Positions 8,984-17,675 of a stretch of DNA of 44,700 bases are shown piece after piece. The notes under the pieces were generated by a model. The model did no database searches and had not been told where the DNA came from. It saw nothing but the letters and a program-made list of their open reading frames with translations. The translations under genes were made by a program, and so were the position numbers. Source of the stretch: Escherichia phage vb_EcoS_bov11C2; sequence record MT884012.2; one strand, 5' to 3'. Each line of letters opens with the position of its first letter. Position 1 is the stretch's first letter.

Positions 8984-9323
8984 TTACGCAGGATTAAAGC
9001 GGAAAGTGAATCCGCTGATTAAAAAATTCGGCATGACCGTTACGGTTACGCGTCCGGGATCGGTTGACCGCGTAGATGGCGAAGAAGTGGTCATCCCGCC
9101 GACCTCGTTTGACGTCATCGGTCTTCGCGAGGAGTACAAGCCTAGCGAGATCGACGGAACGCGTATCGTTGCCGGTGATGTGAAGTTTTTATGTCGGGCG
9201 GTTGAGCAATTGCGGGTGGGCGACCTGGTTAACCTGAACGGCACTGACTACCGGGTCATCAACCCTAACCCACTGCAACCGGCGGGAACTACCATGCTGT
9301 TTCAACTACAGCTAAGGGGCTAA
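8970..9323 (+). CDS. head-tail joining protein (putative)
   Basis: ATG 8970 six nt after AGGAGG; 117 aa; located in the head-tail joining cluster. Confidence 0.45.
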   Translation: MAGFNYAGLKRKVNPLIKKFGMTVTVTRPGSVDRVDGEEVVIPPTSFDVIGLREEYKPSEIDGTRIVAGDVKFLCRAVEQLRVGDLVNLNGTDYRVINPNPLQPAGTTMLFQLQLRG

Positions 9324-9324
9324 C

Positions 9325-9918
9325 GTGGCTGAAGTCTACTCATTCGCCGCCACTATTGCTACGTGGGTGGATAAGACGAAGGAGAACAACGATAAGGCGG
9401 TGCGGGCGTACGGGATGCAAATACTCGGACGCCTTATTGAGATCTCCCCGGTGGGCGACCCTCGCCGGTGGAAAATTAACAGGGCTTACGCGCTGGCCCG
9501 CCAGCACGCGAACAAGGTGAACGCCGCGCAGCGCCGCAAGAATGGCGGCAAACTGAAGCGCGGGCAGAAGAAGCACGCCAGCGTGCTGGTATCATTCAAA
9601 ACTAAAAACGGCAACGTCACGTTCCGCCAGCGTGGCTGGGCTGCGAAGAATTACACCGGCGGACGCTTCCGGGGAAACTGGCAGGTTACGTTCGACCGAC
9701 CGGCGGTTGGCGCTATAGACCGCGTGGACAAGGCCGGAACGGCAACATTAGCCGCTGGGCGTGAAGTGCTGGCGCATTACGATTCCAGTGAATACGGGTC
9801 GATCTGGTTTACTAACAACGTGCCATACGCGCAGCGACTTGAGTATGGCTGGAGTAAACAAGCGCCCGCGGGGATTGTTCGCGTCGTAGCGGCAGAAATT
9901 AATTCGAAGGTGAAATAA
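9325..9918 (+). CDS. neck / tail completion protein (putative)
   Basis: GTG start after RBS AAGGGG, 197 aa, between head-joining genes and the major tail gene. Confidence 0.45.
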   Translation: MAEVYSFAATIATWVDKTKENNDKAVRAYGMQILGRLIEISPVGDPRRWKINRAYALARQHANKVNAAQRRKNGGKLKRGQKKHASVLVSFKTKNGNVTFRQRGWAAKNYTGGRFRGNWQVTFDRPAVGAIDRVDKAGTATLAAGREVLAHYDSSEYGSIWFTNNVPYAQRLEYGWSKQAPAGIVRVVAAEINSKVK

Positions 9919-10340
9919 TGAGCAATACCGCAATCCGCAAAGCGCTTAACAGCGTGGTTGAAGAGTTATCGGCAAGCCTGAGCACAAGCCAGCGTCCGAT
10001 TAGGGTTAACTGGGAGAACGTGAGCGGCGACCACGCAAACGGCAGCGGTGTCTACCTGGAGCCGTACCTGCTACCGGCCCCGACCCAGTTTGTGGGCTTA
10101 CAGCAGAAGGGTCGGATCTATGCTGGCGTATATCAGGTTGCCGTGGTGTTTCCCGCAGGAACTGGAACACAGTACGCGAGCGAACTGGCGGACGCCATCG
10201 CTACGTCTGATAAGTGGCTGGCGGTGAAGATTTCCGGTGCGTCATTTCAGCTTCAGGACGCGCCATACACCAGTTCAGTGATTGAAGACGTTGATCGCGC
10301 CCGCATCGTGGTTACAGTACCCTACACCTGTTGCGCCTGA
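9918..10340 (+). CDS. tail terminator / tail completion protein (putative)
   Basis: ATG overlapping the upstream stop (TAATGA), 140 aa, immediately upstream of the major tail gene. Confidence 0.45.
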   Translation: MSNTAIRKALNSVVEELSASLSTSQRPIRVNWENVSGDHANGSGVYLEPYLLPAPTQFVGLQQKGRIYAGVYQVAVVFPAGTGTQYASELADAIATSDKWLAVKISGASFQLQDAPYTSSVIEDVDRARIVVTVPYTCCA

Positions 10341-10401
10341 TTTGGCGCTATTCTGCGCGTGCTGTATCATTAAACCGTATATCTAAACAGGAGCGTTCAT
10401 T

Positions 10402-11127
10402 ATGGGTTATCAACTTCCTAACGGGTCTAGCGTCCAGATTGGGTCCGTACTGGGTAGCGGCATCGCTGTTACGGCAGCCACCAACGCCGCCGCGTCTATC
10501 TCCGACCTTACGCAAGGTTGCGTAATTACCTGTGCGTCTTCGCATGGTCTGGTTGTTGGCGACGTTGTTATGTTCACTAAAACCCCGTGGGTCCGAGCGC
10601 TTAACCGCGCATTCATCGTGGGTAAAGTGGACACCAACGACGTTACGCTGGCGCGCTTCGACACCGAAGACGTTACCAAGTATCCTACCGGAGCGTTTGG
10701 TGTAGGCACTCCGGGCGAAGTGGTGAAAGTGTCGAGCTTTATCGACTTCCCGTTTATCACTAACGTTGCCGTGTTGGGTGGTGACCAGCAGACTACTACC
10801 TTCCAGCCGTTGCAGGTGAACACCGCAATCAGTCTTAACACCACGAAAAACCCGTTGGTACAGACTTACACCTTCACCCACGACGAAGAAGACCCGATCC
10901 GCCCAATCCTGGAAGACCTGGACGACACACAGAAAACCACTGTGATTAAGTTTACGAACCCAGCGGCAGCAAGCGGCAAAGGTGAAATTCGTATTTACCC
11001 GGCTAAGGTATCTTTCCAGAAGATTCCGTCCGCTGAAGTAAACAACGTGGAAACGGTACAATCCACTCTGACCATGCAGTCAGATATGGTTATCTACCGC
11101 AAGGATCTGGTCGAGGCATTGTCTTGA
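10402..11127 (+). CDS. major tail protein
   Basis: 241 aa, strong RBS ACAGGAG, Thr/Val/Gly-rich beta-type composition, followed by terminator and the G/GT chaperone pair. Confidence 0.7.
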   Translation: MGYQLPNGSSVQIGSVLGSGIAVTAATNAAASISDLTQGCVITCASSHGLVVGDVVMFTKTPWVRALNRAFIVGKVDTNDVTLARFDTEDVTKYPTGAFGVGTPGEVVKVSSFIDFPFITNVAVLGGDQQTTTFQPLQVNTAISLNTTKNPLVQTYTFTHDEEDPIRPILEDLDDTQKTTVIKFTNPAAASGKGEIRIYPAKVSFQKIPSAEVNNVETVQSTLTMQSDMVIYRKDLVEALS

Positions 11128-11157
11128 TTTGGTCGCTTAAATAGCGAGTGATAATAT

Positions 11158-11180
11158 GGGGCCAGCACGGCCCCTTTTTT
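11158..11180 (+). terminator. intrinsic terminator after major tail gene
   Basis: GGGGCC-agcac-GGCCCC followed by TTTTTT. Confidence 0.7.
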
Positions 11181-11196
11181 ATTGGAGAATACTACA

Positions 11197-11559
11197 ATGG
11201 CTAAAGCACCACTCTTTACACTTGACCCTAAGCCGACCTTTAAGCTGCCGATTGAGATCCCGCGCCCTGGAGAGAACGAACCCGGCAAGATGACGTTTAC
11301 CGTACGCCACCGCCCGATCGACGAATTTTCGCAAACCATGCAGGACACCGAACGAAAGCTATCGGAATATGACGACAATGACCCGGACGGCTTTAACGTT
11401 ATGGTCGAGGCCATCATGCACGTCGCGGAAGGCTGGAATCTGCCAGACGAATTTAACGCGGAGAACGTCCGCCGCCTGGTGGTCAACTACCCACGCGCGT
11501 TCGGTGTGTTCCACACGTCGTACTATCTCGAACTGATGGGATTGCGTGAAAAAAACTAA
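11197..11559 (+). CDS. tail assembly chaperone (G-like)
   Basis: ATG 11197 with RBS GGAGA; 120 aa; ends 700 nt before tape measure; contains slippery heptamer A-AAA-AAC at its 3' end. Confidence 0.7.
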   Translation: MAKAPLFTLDPKPTFKLPIEIPRPGENEPGKMTFTVRHRPIDEFSQTMQDTERKLSEYDDNDPDGFNVMVEAIMHVAEGWNLPDEFNAENVRRLVVNYPRAFGVFHTSYYLELMGLREKN

Positions 11560-11873
11560 TTGAGGCGGCGCGACGCTTTTATGGCCCGCCGCCACCCTCC
11601 GAAGATTTAGCCGCAAGTTTATGGGGCGCGGCCCCCGAAGATGTTTGTCCGCCTGTTGCGCTATGGCCTGACAACGCGAAGATAGTCGCGGTCTTCACAG
11701 ATTGCGCCACGCAATGGCGCACCGGATTTGGTGGCGCATACGGCATCGACTACGGCGTGCTGGAGTGGTTATTTAAGATGCACGGTATCGAAAACGAACA
11801 GCGCGCGTTTAAAGATATCAAGCTAATGGAACGAATCGCGCTTGATGAGATGGCGCAGCAGAACCCCGCATAA
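11197..11873 (+). CDS. tail assembly chaperone GT fusion via programmed -1 frameshift
   Basis: Slippery A AAA AAC at 11550-11556 just before the G stop; the -1 frame from 11556 is open for 105 codons to TAA 11871-11873 with no ATG of its own. Confidence 0.6.
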
Positions 11874-11877
11874 TGAA

Positions 11878-12190
11878 GCGGGACAAAACGGGATGTCCCG
11901 TTTTGTCCCACCCCACAAATGTGCATATCTAATCACTTCCATTGCATAATCTAAAAGCGGGACAATCGGGACGTCCCGTTTTGTCCCACCCCACAAATGT
12001 GCATACCTATTCGGATTTCGTGCATAAACTAAGCGGGACAAAAAGCGGGACAAACAAGGTGCGGGACAAAGCGGGACAGCACCCCCGTCCCAGCCAGTGC
12101 TGCCGCGGTTTTTAGCCGATCGGGACAGGCGGGACAAACCCCAGTCTTTCAGACTAGACGGGGGTCAATGGCCCCCCTCGTCTGAGACTG
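11878..12190. repeat. GGGACA iteron/palindrome array R1
   Basis: At least 10 GGGACA copies plus inverted copies; 30-bp perfect palindrome at 11880-11909; second imperfect palindrome 11959-11987; 71-bp unit 12021-12091 and 52-bp hairpin unit 12139-12190 each with 1 mismatch to 39549-39716. Confidence 0.85.
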
Positions 12191-12258
12191 CATAAGGTTT
12201 GTTTTAAATTCGCTGATACAATATCAATCGGCAACTGCATAAAAAAGGGGACTGCATA

Positions 12259-14901
12259 ATGGCAGATCAAGCAGCAGGCATCACGCTAAAGGTCGATGCC
12301 ACACAAGTCAGAACGGCAAATACGGCGCTGGACTCGTTCGCACAGAAGTCCGAGACTACGGAATGGAAAGCTAAGAAATTAAACGACACACTCGGCAACA
12401 CGAAAAAGGTGACGGGTGACGCCGCGGGCGGAATGGGGAAGCTGGCGAACGAATCGCAGCGCGCCGCCGATGGCATGACGAAACAAGAGCGACTTGCCAA
12501 CCGGTTAGGCATGTCGACCAAAAACCTGGGCTTTGCCTCGCGTAACGCCGCATTCCAGTTACAGGATATTGCGGTAACGCTTGAGATGGGTATGCCTGTT
12601 CACCGCGTCATGCTTCAGCAGTTACCGCAGCTAACTGGGGCGTTCGGTGGACTGGGTAACACGCTGCGTTTTGTTGCGGGCTTCCTCGGCCCAGTGGGGA
12701 TCGGCCTTGCTGCCTTGACGGCAACGTTAGGCGTAGGGGTGGCAATTACGTCCCGCGCAGAAAACCAGGTCGCAGCGCTTAACAAGACGCTGGCGCTGTC
12801 AGGTAACATTTCCGGCCTAACTGCAAACCAGATCCTGGTGCTATCCGAGAACGCCGAGCGCATGGGCGGGTCGTTCCGCAAGACGCGTGACACAATCCAG
12901 GCGCTGGCGGCGGCGGGTGTGAAAGCGGGTGGTGACTTCGGCGCACTGGCGAAGGTAGTGAATGACTTCGCGAAGGTGTCCAGCCAGCCGATCGAGGATG
13001 TGGTCGCGGCGGTGGCTAAGCTGTCTACCGACCCGGTAGGTGGCTTGCGAGCATTGGCGGATAAGTATCACGTCGTAAACGAAGCGCAGATCCAGCAGGT
13101 ACAATCCCTGGTGGATATGGGTCGTGAGACTGAAGCGGTGGCGCTGGCTAATAAAACAGCCGCGGCGTCGTTCACCACCATGACCAACGATATTAAGTCC
13201 AACATGGGAACGCTCGAGCGGTCGATGAACATCGTCACATCGGCAGCGAAATCTATGTGGGATGCAATCCTGGATGTTGGACGCGCGCAGTCCTCGAATG
13301 AGTCCGAGATGAAAGCGCGTGAGTCATTGCAGCGACTGACCACGGCTTACTATGCCGAGATGAAAGCGGTAAACGCTGCCGGTGGGGTGATGACCGAAGC
13401 GCAGAAAGCGCGTATTAACATGCTTTACAGCGAACTGGTAGCCCAGGAAAAAGTAGTGGCGTCGCTAACCCTGCGTAACCGTGCCGAGCGAGACAACGCC
13501 AGCGCCGCGGAACAATCAGCGAAGGCGAACGAGGAGGCCAACCGCACCGCCCGCGACCGCGCCGCGTTCGAGAAGGAGTACGCGACCAACGCGAAGCGGC
13601 GCGCCGACGAGATCGCCCGCCTCAATTTGCTGAATAAGCGCGGCGTGATTGATGAGAAAGAACTTGCCGAGGCGGTGAAGCAGGTCAACGAGCGTTACAA
13701 AGACCCCGCCCCGAAGAAGGCCGCCGCTGTTCGAGTCGATGCAGGGATGAAAATGCTGGAAGTAGCACGGAGCGAACTGGCACAGCTTCGTGAGTCTGGA
13801 AAGCAGATCGAAGCCAACGCATCGACGCAGACCCGCACGCAACGCGCGCAAGCGGCCTTAAACAAGCTGATCGCGGATAATGAGCAGTTAATTGCTGCGA
13901 GCAAAGAAAGAGCGCTAACGGCAGCCGAAAAGCAGCAGATGGTAGAATTCGGACGCGTGAAGGAAGTGCGCGAGCAGATCGTCGAAGAAGCCAAATTGCT
14001 GGACGCGAAAGAGAAGCAGGTCAAGGCGCACGCGCAGATCGACGCCTTCGTTAAGAACCAGAACGCCGAGCTAAAAGCCACCGCGGCGGGCTATGCGCTT
14101 TCCACTCGCGAAGCGGCTAACCTGCGCGAAGAATTGCAGCTAATTGATCGCCTTAAGCGGGTTGGCGCTAGTGATACCGATATTGATCTGGCGGTGTCTA
14201 AGCTGCGCGAAGTGCAGGAAGCACAGACAGGGGCTAACGCCTCGCTATGGGATGGCTTCAGCCGCGGGCTTAAGGATAGCGTGGATGATATGGGTAACGG
14301 ATATACGCAGATGGCGTCACTCACAAAATTCACGTTCGGCGCTATGCAGGACACGATGAACAAGTTTTTCGAGACTGGCAAGCTGAACGCAAAGGATATG
14401 GTTAAATCCATCCTTAGCGAATTAATCAAGCTGGCTACATCGCAGGCATTCAAGTCCATCGTTAGCGCTTTCGGTGGCGACGGCGGCAAAAACGGATTGT
14501 TCGGCGCTATCTTCTCGGGCCTAACTAAGAATGCGGACGGAGGAGCGTACGCAGGGGGCAATCTCGCGGCCTATTCGGGGAAAGTGGTAAGCCAGCCAAC
14601 CTTTTTCAGTTATGGCGTCCAGGCGTTCGCTAAGGGCGCAGGATTGATGGGGGAGGCTGGACCCGAGGCTATCATGCCGCTTAAGCGCGGCCCGGACGGA
14701 AAACTGGGCGTTGCCGCTGCCGGTGTAGGCGGAGGGATGATTGTAACAACCAACGTTAACATGGGGACCGGTAAGACGGATACCAGTGTTAGCGGACCAG
14801 ACCCGCGCACAGCGCAGGCGTTCGGAAAGCAAATCACCGAGTCGGTCAAGGCCGAGATCGTGAAGGCGACGAAACCGGGTGGTGTACTTTACAAACGATG
14901 A
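12259..14901 (+). CDS. tail tape measure protein
   Basis: 880 aa, Ala/Gln/Glu-rich coiled-coil core, Gly-rich hydrophobic C-terminal region, located between the GT chaperone and tail tip genes. Confidence 0.9.
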   Translation: MADQAAGITLKVDATQVRTANTALDSFAQKSETTEWKAKKLNDTLGNTKKVTGDAAGGMGKLANESQRAADGMTKQERLANRLGMSTKNLGFASRNAAFQLQDIAVTLEMGMPVHRVMLQQLPQLTGAFGGLGNTLRFVAGFLGPVGIGLAALTATLGVGVAITSRAENQVAALNKTLALSGNISGLTANQILVLSENAERMGGSFRKTRDTIQALAAAGVKAGGDFGALAKVVNDFAKVSSQPIEDVVAAVAKLSTDPVGGLRALADKYHVVNEAQIQQVQSLVDMGRETEAVALANKTAAASFTTMTNDIKSNMGTLERSMNIVTSAAKSMWDAILDVGRAQSSNESEMKARESLQRLTTAYYAEMKAVNAAGGVMTEAQKARINMLYSELVAQEKVVASLTLRNRAERDNASAAEQSAKANEEANRTARDRAAFEKEYATNAKRRADEIARLNLLNKRGVIDEKELAEAVKQVNERYKDPAPKKAAAVRVDAGMKMLEVARSELAQLRESGKQIEANASTQTRTQRAQAALNKLIADNEQLIAASKERALTAAEKQQMVEFGRVKEVREQIVEEAKLLDAKEKQVKAHAQIDAFVKNQNAELKATAAGYALSTREAANLREELQLIDRLKRVGASDTDIDLAVSKLREVQEAQTGANASLWDGFSRGLKDSVDDMGNGYTQMASLTKFTFGAMQDTMNKFFETGKLNAKDMVKSILSELIKLATSQAFKSIVSAFGGDGGKNGLFGAIFSGLTKNADGGAYAGGNLAAYSGKVVSQPTFFSYGVQAFAKGAGLMGEAGPEAIMPLKRGPDGKLGVAAAGVGGGMIVTTNVNMGTGKTDTSVSGPDPRTAQAFGKQITESVKAEIVKATKPGGVLYKR

Positions 14902-14908
14902 TAAAATG

Positions 14909-14939
14909 GCCCTCACTACAACGTGGGGGCTTTTTTTTT
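14909..14939 (+). terminator. intrinsic terminator after tape measure
   Basis: 8-bp stem (one G-U) with 6-nt loop followed by T9. Confidence 0.65.
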
Positions 14940-15539
14940 ATGTCACAAGGTACAATCATACTAGCGACGGGGCGTAGGACCGTATTAGGCACGGGAACCG
15001 CGTTCTTGAGCGAGATCGGTAAGGTCTGCGTATTTGCCCGCATCGACGGCAACGACTACGCACAAAAAATTGAGAAGTTCAACCATAACGAGTCCATCAC
15101 CCTAGTGGACCCGTGGGCCGGTCCAAATTATACCGGCGAGGCTTATGAGCTACTCGAAGCATACGACCCGAGGACCAACGAATGGCCATATTACTGGCAC
15201 ATGCAATTGCAAGGTGGCGGAGACGTGCAGTTGGCCTTCCGGTCAGAGGAATTGCAATTTGGTAACGGTTACGGTCAAAACATTGCGGATGGCCCGAACG
15301 CCGAAACGAAACAGTTCCCCATGCAATTCATCGGACTGACTACTGACAAGTGGTGCAATCCTAAACTGGTGTACAACTTCCTTCGCGGGCACTTCGTAAA
15401 GCCGTTTGTTGCCACCGCGCCAGATGGCGAAAAAGGTTTATTCGTGGTAGAGCGTTCGAGCTTGTCGTACACTGACAACGGACACCGCACGGCAACGGTA
15501 TCCGCCACCCTCAAGACCGCTATTGGATTCGTAAGATGA
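14940..15539 (+). CDS. minor tail protein (lambda M-like position)
   Basis: ATG directly after the T-run; first ORF after tape measure in a M-L-K-I-J-like series. Confidence 0.55.
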   Translation: MSQGTIILATGRRTVLGTGTAFLSEIGKVCVFARIDGNDYAQKIEKFNHNESITLVDPWAGPNYTGEAYELLEAYDPRTNEWPYYWHMQLQGGGDVQLAFRSEELQFGNGYGQNIADGPNAETKQFPMQFIGLTTDKWCNPKLVYNFLRGHFVKPFVATAPDGEKGLFVVERSSLSYTDNGHRTATVSATLKTAIGFVR

Positions 15540-16324
15540 ATAAACTTTATCGCGAGGCGACACGCTTCGACCCATCGGGCCGCGTTCGCCTGATTCACAT
15601 TGACGCGCAGGACGTGGAACCGGGCGACGGCGCGATCGGCGCGGGTCATCACTATTTTCACTATTGCTTTATTCCGCACACTGCCGAGGATATCGCCGCA
15701 GCAGGCGGAGACGAGGACAAGCTAAAGCCCAAGTCTATCTTCTTCGGCGGGCAGGAATTCGAATTTTGGCCCTTCGATCTGTCTGGCCTTAACTTCTCTA
15801 CATCAACGGCAGCAGAACCGCAGCTAACCCTCGTTGATATTGGCGGCATTATAACCCGGCTGTCGCTGAATCATGACCAGCTACTGGGCGCGAAGGTTGA
15901 GATCATTGATACGTTCGCGAAGTTCCTGGATAACGGATCGGACCCGGACCCGACGCAAAAACGTGTCCAGGAGTATTACATCGACTCACAGGTCGGGCGC
16001 AATCCGGGCAAGCAGATCACCTTCGCGCTATCCTCCCCCGCGGATATGGAGGGGCAAGTAGTACCCCGCCGCCAGATCATGAACATGTGCGAATGGGCGC
16101 TCAATGGGAAGTACGCCAGCGGGGATGGTTGCACATGGAACCTTGCACAGCCGGGCATCAAATATTACGACGAGCGCGGAAACGAAGTTATCGCGATGAA
16201 TATGGACCGATGCGGCGGCTGTTTGTCCGACTGTTATCTTCGTTTTGGGCAAGGTCTGGCGGACCCTAAAGCGGCGGTGCTGGACTTCGGCGGTTTTCCA
16301 GGGTCCAAATTAATTAAGGGGTAG
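15536..16324 (+). CDS. minor tail protein L-like
   Basis: 262 aa with C-terminal Cys cluster CGGCLSDC as in lambda gpL; ATGA overlap with the upstream gene. Confidence 0.7.
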   Translation: MNKLYREATRFDPSGRVRLIHIDAQDVEPGDGAIGAGHHYFHYCFIPHTAEDIAAAGGDEDKLKPKSIFFGGQEFEFWPFDLSGLNFSTSTAAEPQLTLVDIGGIITRLSLNHDQLLGAKVEIIDTFAKFLDNGSDPDPTQKRVQEYYIDSQVGRNPGKQITFALSSPADMEGQVVPRRQIMNMCEWALNGKYASGDGCTWNLAQPGIKYYDERGNEVIAMNMDRCGGCLSDCYLRFGQGLADPKAAVLDFGGFPGSKLIKG

Positions 16325-16326
16325 TC

Positions 16327-17067
16327 ATGCTAACGAAGAAGGTTAAACGCGATATTGCCGCACACGTTGCGGCATGTCTGCCGGAAGAAGCCTGCGGGCT
16401 GGTCGTCATGGTGGGCCGTAAGCAAGTATTCGTCCCGTGCCTGAACGTCTTCGAAGACCCCACCGGCGCGCGCTCTCGAAAAGATGCGTTTACAATTAGT
16501 GATATGGCCTGGATGGATGCCGAGGATATGGGCGACGTTGTGCGCGTAGTACACTCGCACCCAGGTCAGCGCGAGTTAACCCCGTCATTGGGCGACGTTA
16601 ATGGATGCAACGGCAGCGGCGTCGTCTGGACCATCACTAACGAATATGGCGACTTTATCGAGATCGACCCGGAAGACCCGCCGCTGGTAGGCCGCCGATT
16701 TGTTCTCGGGGTTACGGACTGCTACGGCCTCGTCATGGCATGGCATAAAAAGCAGGGCGTAAACCTGCCAGACTTCCGCGTACCGTATAACTGGTGGGAG
16801 ACAGGCGAAAACCTGTATATGGACAATTGGTATGGCGCGGGCTTCCGGGAGTGTGAGGAGAATACGCCGGGGGCAATGGTCATCATGCAGATCAGCGCGC
16901 CAGTGCCAAACCATGCCGGAATCTACCTTCCAGGAAACCAACTACTGCACCATATCTACGGCAGCCTGTCGAGCGTCATTCCCTTCCGGGCAGGATTTTT
17001 CCGGGACAATGTGGTTAAATGGGTACGTCATAAAGACCTACCGGGGAATATCACAGAATGGCAATGA
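16327..17067 (+). CDS. tail assembly protein K-like (JAMM/MPN plus NlpC/P60)
   Basis: HSHPG (JAMM metal-binding motif) followed by a Cys-His papain-like pair (DCYGLV, NHAGIY); 246 aa. Confidence 0.8.
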   Translation: MLTKKVKRDIAAHVAACLPEEACGLVVMVGRKQVFVPCLNVFEDPTGARSRKDAFTISDMAWMDAEDMGDVVRVVHSHPGQRELTPSLGDVNGCNGSGVVWTITNEYGDFIEIDPEDPPLVGRRFVLGVTDCYGLVMAWHKKQGVNLPDFRVPYNWWETGENLYMDNWYGAGFRECEENTPGAMVIMQISAPVPNHAGIYLPGNQLLHHIYGSLSSVIPFRAGFFRDNVVKWVRHKDLPGNITEWQ

Positions 17068-17675
17068 CCACATTTAAATTATACGGCGTTTTAGGACGTC
17101 GATTCGGTAAAGTGCACAAGCTGGACTGCTTTACACCGGGCGAGGGTATCACCGGCCTGTGCGTGAAGTTACCGGGCTTACAGGACTTTCTAATGTCGGC
17201 ACACCTGGACAACATGATGTTCAAAGTGCGCAAGGGCAATCACACTATGACCGGCTACGACGAGTTGGGTGAGTTCCACGGCGACCGCGTAGTGACCATC
17301 GCGCCGGTTATGACTGGCGCAAAAAGCGGACTGGGCCAATTGCTGGCGGGTGTCGCAATCGTGGTGGCGTCGTTTTATACCGGCGGGCTTGCGACTGCCG
17401 CTTTCGGAGCTTCAGCGGCGACCGCGGCCGCTATCGGCGCCGCGACGTTTTCGTTTGGGATGTCGATGGCGCTGGGCGGCGTTATGCAATTGCTGTCCCC
17501 GCAACCGAAAGGATTGCAGACAAGGCAGGATGTGGATAATAAGGCGTCTTATGCGTTCGGCGGCCCAGTAAACACGACCGCGCAAGGCACGGCACTTGGG
17601 GTATTATGGGGAGAGCGTGAGATCGGCGGCGCTATTATTTCAGCCGGAATCGTAACCGAGGATTTGAACGAATGA
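17058..17675 (+). CDS. tail assembly protein I-like
   Basis: 205 aa, ubiquitin-like N-terminal region then Gly/Ala-rich hydrophobic segment; between K-like and J-like genes. Confidence 0.7.
   Translation: MAMTTFKLYGVLGRRFGKVHKLDCFTPGEGITGLCVKLPGLQDFLMSAHLDNMMFKVRKGNHTMTGYDELGEFHGDRVVTIAPVMTGAKSGLGQLLAGVAIVVASFYTGGLATAAFGASAATAAAIGAATFSFGMSMALGGVMQLLSPQPKGLQTRQDVDNKASYAFGGPVNTTAQGTALGVLWGEREIGGAIISAGIVTEDLNE

Noticed and set aside
11823-12137. 104-aa minus-strand ORF with internal repeats (RYAHLWGGTKRD twice)
   Set aside because: It lies entirely within the GGGACA repeat array and its repeats are a translation of the DNA repeats; no RBS, antisense to the late operon. Treated as an artefact of repetitive DNA.
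11878-12190. Possible CRISPR array
   Set aside because: The repeats are 6-8 bp iterons and palindromes with irregular spacing, not 25-40-bp repeats separated by unique spacers of constant length; no cas genes.
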